A stretch of 64,000 nt of DNA from Octopus vulgaris (taxonomy: Eukaryota): the NCBI GenBank assembly GCA_951406725.2, contig OX597825.1:60884001-60948000 (forward strand), in the 5' to 3' direction. Shown here in pieces: positions 54,539 to 64,000 of the stretch. Numbering within the stretch: position 1 is the stretch's first letter; each line of letters begins with the position of its first letter. A model generated the notes under the pieces. That model had not been told where the DNA came from and ran no database searches. It saw only the letters and a list, made by a program, of their open reading frames with translations. The translations under genes and the position numbers were made by a program.

Positions 54539-57500
54539 CATAGCTAGATAGACGCACAGACATATACATGTATATATATAAACATATATCTATACATATA
54601 TATACGGCAGTCTGTTCGGCTATCTGTTTGTTTGTGTCAAGTTTGTGTCTGCACTCATTAACGAATCTTAGGCTCATTGCAGTTTAATAAAAATCTACAA
54701 TTGGACGGCTATGGCCCCCAGAAGGAGTCCAGTTATAACCCATCTATTTTCCTTTAACCACCAAGAGGAAATAATCAATTCATTTTTCTTTATTTTTCTC
54801 TTTTGCCCACTGGTCGTTTCTCCCTCAATTTATTAGAGAAGTAATATCATTAAAGTGACCTGTTACCAGTGGTTACGTTGTATAAATACGTGTGTGTTCT
54901 ACATTACATAGATTTTCTTAAAAGACGTTGTCGGACAAGGTCAGTGATACCATCAATCTAACTCCTGCCCTAAGTCAATATATAAATTTAATGACATTTT
55001 ATAGACCTACCTAAGATCTTTCATTTGATATAAATTTGAGTAAAATCTCACCATGGGTTATGGAGGTATCAATGCCACAACTTATTTTCAAATTTTACCA
55101 TTAACGTACTGTTTCCATGGCAACTGTGCAGAACATTTACAAAATATTACATTCTATTTGGTATAAATCAAGTTGAATACTTTTATTACACAGCATTTTA
55201 ACTGTTCGGGTTAGTTTCGCACTTTACCCAGAACAACTATTAAAGAAGTAAATAATATTTTCCTCAAAAGTAAATCCACTTATTTCGGTTAGTGACGTAT
55301 TCAACAATATACCATGAATATCGATGCCTTTCATATCACTTCAGCCAATTGACAGGCGCTGCATGAAGAACTTTTCAGAGTTACTTATTTTATATTGTTA
55401 TTATACCATTTCAGATTTGCCTGTTATTACGTAACATGCTTTGCGATTTTGGTATACATTCCTTATTGGTATTTTCTTCTTTGTCCTATACACTCCATCC
55501 TGTTTTCACTTTTCTTTTATTATTATTTTTTTGTACATAAAGGCCCTGAAGTATCACTTAATAATGTACTATATGTATAGCAACTTGGCTTTTTCCTCTA
55601 CATCACCACTCATCGATCTCCTCTCCGCTCCGCTCCCTTAATAAAGTTATAGCTCCAGGATAGCCTTATGAGTATCTGAGAATATCAAGATCTGAAATTC
55701 CATATTCCATGGTCAGAATTTGTTGCGAGTAATCTTCGAGCTCACCACGTCGTTAATATTGCACAGTTGTCACACGCTAAGGGTTCAACACGTGTTAAGA
55801 TATTCAGCCTGATACCTAAAAGACCCATAAAGTGTGGGACCATGTTTCTATGTTCTGCCATATTCGATTGAACACAATCTCCCCACATCAAGATTACTTC
55901 AAATTTTCTTTTGAAATTCTATAGCAATCCAACTCCCGAGATATTTTACCTTCATACTCACACTTTTTTTAATATATTAACTGGACGAAAAGACACTATT
56001 TTCAGACTCATGCATCATCCATTCCTTCCTTTCCCTGAGATGGCTCAAGCCAAGTCATTTCTTTTGACACATAACATTTTCAAAAGACAGAAAGTTATTT
56101 TTGCTGTGTTATCCTAACTCTTCTTGCTAGGTTTCCCCCTTTCCTTTCAAATTAATGTTTCCGACATTATCGTTTCGTGCGTGCTCCATTGTACAACTGT
56201 GTTTAAGCTTGAAGCACTTTCGATTTTTTCCATTATCTGTTTCTTTTATTCTTTTTCATTCTTTTTCTGTTTGAAAATAATATGTAGGCGTCTTTATTTT
56301 ACTGAAGTTATTTCTACCACAGTTGTGGCGAGCGCTTCCACCTGCTACTTCAGAGGCCATTTGGAACCGAAGAGAACAGTAGAAATGATTATTTGCCAAC
56401 GGTATAAAGGCAGGTACGTATATGTAAACCAACCTTTTTCCGACTCCAGGTGCATGACATATCATCAAGTAATCCCAGAGCCTTCAGTTAGTAAAACTGG
56501 ATACAAAAAGTATGATAAAGGCATGCAAGTGCTTATGAATCATGAACTAGACAATGTACAGCATGCATAACATAAATAAAAGATAGGAATGCAAATAAAC
56601 ATAAGACGCTCTAGATAAAATCGTAAGACTAATCAATAGCAATATTTCTAGTATTATATTCTCCAATTGGACGCAAAACGAATTAGTATGACCAGAAAGA
56701 AAAAAGGGACAGCATCTATAATATACCCCCAAAATCTGATACAAAAACATATTCCTTGGAAGCACGAAGGTAGGAGTCATATATATAACTAGAAATCTAC
56801 TTTAGAATATACACTGTACGACTACAAAATTATCTACAAGAGATAGATAGAAAATTAATGTAAAAAGACGAGAAAATATGCTCATGATCGCAGGTTTACG
56901 GTTTTAGTTCCTGAACTGGATAGTGCGTTGTGTTCTTGTGCAAATAGATTTCATCTCACGTTGTTTTGCGATCAATTCAGCATATGGTGCGTGGTAATCA
57001 GTGCACTTGTTCAGGCAAAGTTGATTTGATAAAAGGAGTGCAAAACACATACACTTGACGACTGTCAATAAATCATTTGTGCAAGTCAGTCAGCAAAATG
57101 TGTATATGTATATGTATATGCATATACATGCACGTATACTCACCTACATATATACGAGTGAGTGGGTAAACGAAAGACAGTGGTGCATATCATTAAATAA
57201 CATCTTGCCTTAGCTCCATGTAACTTAAAGTCTTCTGGGCTCGCAGAACGAACCTCAAACATCCAGAGAGAGTAAGAGGATAGGAAACAAATTCAAGATG
57301 GTTTCTAAAGGTTATTCTTTTATTGGTCAATTGAGATTACATGGTGTTATTAGTCTCGAAGTGGCATCAATCATTGTCTTTCTTCTTGGACCCATATGAA
57401 CAGGCAAGATGCTGACATGTAACTGTCACGCCATGCTTGGAAGCTGTTGTTTATAGCGACCTTGTTTCGTTGCATTAAATGCTGCACATGACAGAGCAGG

Positions 57501-57828
57501 TTGCTGTAGCGGGCTGGGGGAGAACAAACACTATAGCGACAACAGCCTTCTGTGCGAATAACCAGACCTCGAGGTGCTAGATTGAAATTTGGTACTACTA
57601 GGCTGGTTGTCAGGTTGGATGGGACTCAATAAACCATATTGCACCAACGGTTACCTACCAGCATCCTGTCCAATCTCGTGGGCCTAAGAAAAAAGACAAT
57701 GATTGATGACACTTCCAGATCAATAAAACCTTTTCATTTGAGTCGACCAATACAGGCCTAACAACAAGAAGCCATCTTAAATTTGTTTCATATCCAATTT
57801 CTCTCACTTTTTCTCTCTGTCTCTCTCT

Positions 57829-57867
<39 letters not shown>

Positions 57868-57949
57868 AATATCTCTAGATGCCTAACGAGTTAGGTTCCT
57901 TCTCAAGCTGAGTCAAACTGCAATTAGCAATATATACACGGTCAGATTG

Positions 57950-58248
57950 AGCAGGCAGAATCGTTAGCATGCCGGACATAATGTTTGGCGGCATTTCGTC
58001 CGTCTTTACGCTCTGAGTTCAAATCCCGCCTGGATCGACTTTGCTTCTAATCATTTTGAGGTCAATAAATTAAGTACCAGTTGCGTACTGGTGTCGATCT
58101 AATCGGCTGGTCCCCTCCCCAGAAAGTTCGAGCCTTATGCCTACAGTAGAAAAAAATAAAATAAGTACCAGTTTAGTGCTGGAGTCGATGTAAAAAATCC
58201 TATTCTCTCCTTCAAAATTGCTGGCCTTGTTCCAGAATGTGAAACCAA
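57950..58248 (+). mobile_element. SINE family A plus a second tail
   Basis: Head, core and tail at 57950-58150, then a second AAGTACCAG...GAAACCA tail. Confidence 0.75.
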
Positions 58249-58262
58249 TAATAAAAAAAAAA

Positions 58263-58308
<46 letters not shown>

Positions 58309-58310
<2 letters not shown>

Positions 58311-58543
58311 AAATTAAGAGAAATGACCACTAAAGTGGACACCCTATATGCTAAACATAGACGTCAAATCGCCATTACCACGAAGAATGTGTTCTGAAGA
58401 AAAAAATCTCAGCAAAACGCCAAAATGTAAAGAATGAGCAAGACATTTTGTTCTTGAGAACACATTCTTCGTGGTAATGGCGATTTGACGTCTGTGTTTA
58501 GCATATAGGGGGTCCACTTTAGTGGTCACTCCTCTTAATTTTG
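58309..58543. repeat. Inverted repeat (about 87-bp arms)
   Basis: 58309-58395 versus 58457-58543. Same family as 25761-25950. Confidence 0.9.
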
Positions 58544-59119
58544 TATATAACACAATTATTAATCTTCGGATTTTTAAATATGCTAAGCCACTCGTTTTAA
58601 TTGATTTAACATAAATTTCCACCCTTATTATTTAATTATATATATATTTTTTTACTGTTTATATATTTTTTTTACTGTTTTTTTACTGTTTATATATTTT
58701 GTTTACTGTTTTTTTACTGTTTATATTTTTGTACTGTCGTTACTGTCCTGTTTTTTTACCATTTTTTTACAATTTTTTACCCCTCTGCGAAAAGATCTCA
58801 GAATTTTAATTGATTTGCTTTTCGCAGGAAGGAAAGTTTCTTGTCGAAGATACGTCTCGCTTTTATCCTTCGAAACGTAGAGTAGATGAAACCTTAGCGA
58901 CTGAAGAAGGGTTTTTTTCGTTGTGTTAATTGTCCTGTACTCCATTTTTTGTTGGTTTAAAAAAAATGTCCTGTTCCTTTGGTTTGTGTCTATGTTTTCG
59001 TTTCTCTTTGTGTTCGACGTCCCTTTGGTGTCCTGTACTCATATATGCGTGTATATGTACATGTAGAGGTAGGTACGTACATATATGTTTATATATATGC
59101 ATATGTTTTATTTCATTTA

Positions 59120-59216
<97 letters not shown>

Positions 59217-59447
59217 ACAGACAGACAAACAGAGACAGACAGACAGAGTGAGAGAGAGCGAGACAAGGAGGTACATAGATAGATACTAACCAACATATTT
59301 TCTTACATACAGGTACATCAATCTCGTTTCTTCTGCATATTTCTATTCACATATTTACTCTTCTCCAACCTTGCATTCTCGGAAACATTAAAAATTTTTG
59401 ACGTTCTTCTCCACTGACCTTCCTCGAAACTTGCTTCTCATTTATAT

Positions 59448-59510
<63 letters not shown>

Positions 59511-60206
59511 ACTCTCAACTTTTCATTCTCTCTTTCTTTTCTTCTGCCACATTCTTAGTCTTAGATTCTTTATTTTCGCATTTTCATTTCAATTCAGTGC
59601 TTTAAAAAACACCATCATTTTTATCATTAACAAGGGCCTCCGGTGACATCCTATTCATATAAAGCCGTACTACTACAAAGAGTGGCTAATGCTCAGATGT
59701 TTTCTTTGCATATTTTTTGCTGTATACATTCATACATACATACACACACAAACACACCCATATATATGTATGTGTATATGTATATAAATGCATATGTGTG
59801 TGTGTATATATATACATGCTTATGTGTTAATATGTGTGTGTGTATATATATAGCTGAATAGATAGATAGACATATATATATATGTATATATTATATAGAT
59901 GTATATATATTCATATATATATCTATATATTATATAGATGTATATATATATATATATATATATATTCATATATAATATAGATGTGTATGTATATATATAT
60001 GTATACTTTAACATGTGTGTGTACATATACATGCATATATGTTAATATGTGTGTGTGTGTCTATATATATAGCTGAATAGATAGATATAGACATATATAT
60101 ATGTATATATTATATAGATGTATATATATCTATATATTATATAGATGTGTGTATATATATATATATATATATATTCATATATAATATAGATGTGTATGTA
60201 TACTTT

Positions 60207-60272
<66 letters not shown>

Positions 60273-60734
60273 TATGCTGCTTCGTGTTCCACTTCTCTTC
60301 TTCTTTCGTCTTCTTTCCCTTGTTCTCTTTCGGCTCCTCTTTTTTGCAATTTTTCTTCCTTTACTGCTCCTTCATTTTGTTGTCTCGTACGGTCCTTTTA
60401 ACAGTTCATTAAAGCATTTCATATTGTAACAACAGTGACTCTATTAACAATATTGGCTTAAATATGTCAACGAGAGTGTTTCACTATGTGCACAGAAGCT
60501 CATACATGCACAGACTGCTAGGCATATTCGAGGATTCCTATATGCTCTTAACGCATGTATAACTTACACATACGGATACACACATACATACATGCATATA
60601 TATGTATATATATATATATATATATATGCATATATATATATATATATGCATATATATATAGACATTCATACGTATCTACATATACATACTCTTGCATATA
60701 AATATTTTTATATGCGTATGTATAAATCAATATA

Positions 60735-60770
<36 letters not shown>

Positions 60771-60881
60771 TGCACACGTACACATACATACATACATGCA
60801 TGCATGTATAAAGGTGTAGAAAGAAAGAGACGAAGATGGCAAAGATTCCTATAGATATATGCGTATGCATAAATCAATATA

Positions 60882-60942
<61 letters not shown>

Positions 60943-61441
60943 TATTATAAAAGGCAGATTTTATCTGCCTCCCTTTGGGAGTTATACAAATCTACAATAT
61001 AGGATTTCTTCAATTACAATTTACCTAGCAATTTTAAGAGTACAATGCATCGCGTCATGCCAGGTCCAGTTTTTAAAATTTAAACTCCAATTAAGCAAAA
61101 TTTACAGAAAACTCACATTCTGGTGTGTGTGTCAAATGCTTTTCTTAGTCTGGTTTACACCACACGCAAACGCACACACACAGTGGGCAGCGAATAAAAT
61201 GAAAGTAATTTACTTACTGTAGTGAGTGATTCTTTCACTCTGCCTCCCACTTCCTCTTTCAACACAGACACGCAAATATATAAATAAAATTGTAAGCTAA
61301 CGTGCGTGTGTGTGAGTGTGTGTGTGTGTGTGTGTGTGCGCGTGTGTGTGTGTGTGAGGGTGCGTGTGTGTGTGTGTGTGTGTGTGCGTGTGCGTGAGTG
61401 TGTGACAGGAAAGTTTTTTACGACGAATATAAGTAGCAGAA

Positions 61442-61922
61442 AGATAAGACAGTAAGGTGTGATTTGAGGGAGATTTGGCTGCTATTTCTACCATGTCTAG
61501 CTGCCATGTAGGGGTCTCCCTCATAGGCTCATACATACATATATACATAGATAAGACAGTAAGGTGTGATTTGGGGGAAATTTGGCTGCTATTTCTACCA
61601 GGTCTAGCTGCCATGTAGGGGTCTCCCTCATAGGCTCATACATACATATATACATAGATAAGACAGTAAGGTGTGATTTGGGGGAAATTTGGCTGCTATT
61701 TCTACCAGGTCTAGCTGCCATGTAGGGGTCTCCCTCATAGGCTCATACATACATATATACATAGATAAGACAGTAAGGTGTGATTTGGGGGAAATTTGGC
61801 TGCTATTTCTACCAGGTCTAGCTACCATGTAGAGGTCCCCCTCATTGGCTCATATATATATACATACATAAGACAGTAAGGTGTGATTTGAGGGAGATTT
61901 GGCTGCTGTTTCTACCAGGTCT
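61442..61922. repeat. 107-bp tandem repeat, about 4.5 copies
   Basis: Units start at 61442, 61549, 61656, 61763 and about 61868 (AGATAAGACAGTAAGGTGTGATTTG...). Confidence 0.95.
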
Positions 61923-61989
61923 GTTAGGCCTTCTCATGTAAACTCAAGCTTTTTCATGCCTTCAACATATGACCAAAGCAGAGAATGTA

Positions 61990-62242
61990 TTCTTTTATTC
62001 TTCTGCTTTTTCCAGCCATTGGTCTGTGGCCATGCTGGGGCAATGCCTTGAAGAATTGTAGTTTAATGAATCAACTCCAGTTTTATTTTTGTAAGCATTG
62101 TACTTATTCTATCTGTTTCCTTTGTCAAACCACTAGGTGACAGGGATGTAAACAAACCAACATTCGTTGTCAAGCAGTGGTGGAGGACAATCACAAGCAC
62201 AGACACGCACACACACACACATACATGCATACACATATACAC

Positions 62243-62273
<31 letters not shown>

Positions 62274-62290
62274 TATGTGTGTATATATAT
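61990..62290 (-). mobile_element. SINE family B, 3' half
   Basis: TGTGGCCATGCTGG...TACTTATTCTATC...GTTGTCAAGC. Confidence 0.65.
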
Positions 62291-62291
62291 A

Positions 62292-62550
62292 TTGCAGCGT
62301 GGAAGGTGTTTGTAAGCCATTTAAGAAACACACAAAAACCGTTACATTCACTTCAACATTTAAATTTAATTTGCCAAAATATTTTCGTCGCTTTCAGACC
62401 GCGACCTGTTCACTGACAAAAATATCGTGCTAACAGGTCGCGGTCTCAAAGCGACGAAAATATTTTCACAAATTAAATTTAAATGTTGAAGTGAATCTAA
62501 CGGTTTTTGTGTGTTTCTTAAATGGCTTATAAACACCTTCAACGCTGCAA
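62292..62550. repeat. Long inverted repeat (119-bp arms)
   Basis: 62292-62410 versus 62432-62550, few mismatches. Confidence 0.95.
62370..62420 (-). ncRNA. Minimal hammerhead variant, G3-C8 core with an extra G after A9
   Basis: Minus strand reads TTTGTCA-GTGAACA-G-GTCGC-GGTCTGAAA-GCGAC-GAAA-A-TA-T-TT-TGGCAAA. Confidence 0.6.
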
Positions 62551-62716
62551 CTGTTTTCGTTCCAGCACACGATCTCAGATCAAGTCACTTGCTATGCAAG
62601 TACATCTCTGTAACTATATATATATTTATATATATATATATATATGTATATTGGTAAAAACAGTAAGATAACAAAAAAGAAAGAAAGAGACCTCAATATT
62701 ATGTAAATAGAGGAAA

Positions 62717-63112
62717 TCTTTATATATAAAAGTGAGGTTGTGTGTCTGTCTCCTACGATTTAGATTCCTAACTACTCCCACATTTTGCGGTGCAGTTTAA
62801 CCAAAACCGGGTATCTTATAGTCGTGATTCATATCGAGACCGTCTGGGTATTAGCGCGCGTCTACGATGAGTCTACGATTTAAAAAAAAATTTACCATCA
62901 ATTTTTCCCATTTTTAATCCATTTTTGACATATATAAGGGAAGTAACTCTCTAAAATTTATTATTAAATCTCAGAACGTAAAAAGCTACAGTAACACCCC
63001 TCCCCCTTTGTGGTTAGCCATATTGAGATGGCTATTATACTTTACATCTCTAAAAATGCTTATATAATTTATTTCCCTTACAAACCCGAGCAACGCCGGG
63101 CGATACTGCTAG
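62717..63112 (+). mobile_element. Non-autonomous Helitron
   Basis: A|TCTTTATATATAAAAG...CCCGAGCAACGCCGGGCGATACTGCTAG|T, highly similar to 32989-33380. Confidence 0.85.
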
Positions 63113-63597
63113 TATATATATATACAGATGCACACGTACACTTATATACATACATGCATGTATAAAGGTGTAGAAAGAAAGAGACAAAGATGGCAAAGAT
63201 TCCTATAGATACATGCGTACATCATAAATACATGCTTCCATTGTCTGAAACAAACATATATGCCTATGTGAAGACATGTTAACTAAATTGAATTTTTCTT
63301 TTCAATTCTGCTCAATCGTTGTACGATTACTCTGCCTAAATGATAACTTAACTCGCTCTCTTTGACTATAGCAGACTTCGCATTTTGTATCTTTAACATC
63401 GATAATCTTTTTCTGAGATTCATTCTAACAGGATATGGAGATTCAGCTCGTGCCTAAGGAATCAATTTTATATTGGTTGGCCTAACATTATTCGAATTTT
63501 CGAGTACTAGGTAGAAATTCTGCGAAGCTTATATACATCCATGATAGATCGTTAGCTCTTACAGGCATTTTTTTCTCTCCTTGTTTTTCTCTGTGTA

Positions 63598-63635
63598 TCT
63601 TTCTGTCGAAGAGCGTAGGCTCGAAACGTACAAGA
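63598..63635 (+). ncRNA. Hammerhead-like motif with atypical core (CTGTCGA+A)
   Basis: TCTTT-CTGTCGA-A-GAGC-GTAG-GCTC-GAAA-CG-TA-CAAGA. Stem III is a loopless ACGT palindrome, A6 is replaced by U, and stem I has one mismatch. Confidence 0.4.
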
Positions 63636-63787
63636 CTTTTTCTATTCCTGAGTGCTATACTAATACATTTGTTTGTTTGTACTCCACCTGCCTTCGTCTT
63701 TTGTTTATTTTCGTAAACTTTCCCTTTATATATATATAAGTTTGAGCCTAATAGCGCCATTTTTCTTTCTGGCTTTACAGTATAACC

Positions 63788-64000
63788 ATGGCCACACCAC
63801 CTGCAATGTGCACCAAAGAAGAACAAAGCGCAATGATCCGAGAGATGGTAATGGCGAACCGGTTCACCATTACCATCTTTTGATCTTACTGAATCTTCTC
63901 ATCAGTGGTGGAGGTTGACGAGCGTCCTGTTCCCTCTTCGTGCGTCACGCTTGTCCGGCCACTTTTAAATTTATCGATCCACTCATACACACTTCTATAC
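63788..64000. mobile_element. Mariner transposase N-terminal fragments in fold-back arrangement
   Basis: Plus strand MATPPAMCTKEEQSAMIR-EMVMANR. Minus strand RSVYEWIDKFKSGRTSVTHEEGTGRSSTSTTDEKI...MVMVNR. Palindrome at 63843-63878. Confidence 0.75.

Larger units (their letters stand above)
60938..63112 (+). mobile_element. Putative composite Helitron block with captured repeats
   Basis: 5' TCTCTTATTATAAAAG inside (AT)n and 3' CTAG|T. The flanks rejoin into a second copy of the unit at about 60712-60860. Confidence 0.55.

Noticed and set aside
55911-56780. ORF cluster including 56124-56570 (148 aa)
   Set aside because: No recognisable motif. It may be decayed retroelement sequence but cannot be assigned.
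57400-57720. Possible RTE RT remnant (LHQR...SIL..SW)
   Set aside because: A single short motif across a frameshift is insufficient.
58322-58345. SECIS-like ATGA...GA hairpin
   Set aside because: The stem is only 4-5 bp, far shorter than SECIS helix II.
58865-58912. Type II hammerhead reading (GAAAC...CTGAAGA), also on minus near 25655-25700
   Set aside because: Stem I does not pair and the stem II register is off by one.
61442-61922. CRISPR-like or repeated MAARPGRNSSQ protein reading
   Set aside because: Units are contiguous and near identical with no unique spacers and no cas genes, in a eukaryotic context.

Overview
This is AT-rich eukaryotic DNA saturated with microsatellites and transposons. 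The SINE and microsatellite profile suggests a cephalopod such as Octopus (inference). No host protein-coding gene can be supported, and most entries in the ORF track are microsatellite or SINE artefacts. Recognisable elements are: a degenerate, 3'-truncated Tx1/L1-clade LINE (about 8.7-14.1 kb), several Penelope-like element (PLE) RT and GIY-YIG remnants, three tRNA-derived SINE families (about 25 copies or fragments), non-autonomous Helitrons, a Chapaev3-like transposon remnant, an RTE 3' end and a fold-back mariner fragment. The main signal is a set of minimal type I hammerhead ribozyme motifs near (TA)n-anchored element ends. Their core 3-8 pair covaries (C-G, U-A, G-C) and their stem III is palindromic. 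One 715-bp TA-flanked element carries two different hammerheads, one on each strand. Other highlights are a 2.2-kb composite Helitron block whose empty site lies about 150 bp upstream, and a candidate non-hammerhead three-way-junction RNA at the equivalent terminal position in another repeat family.
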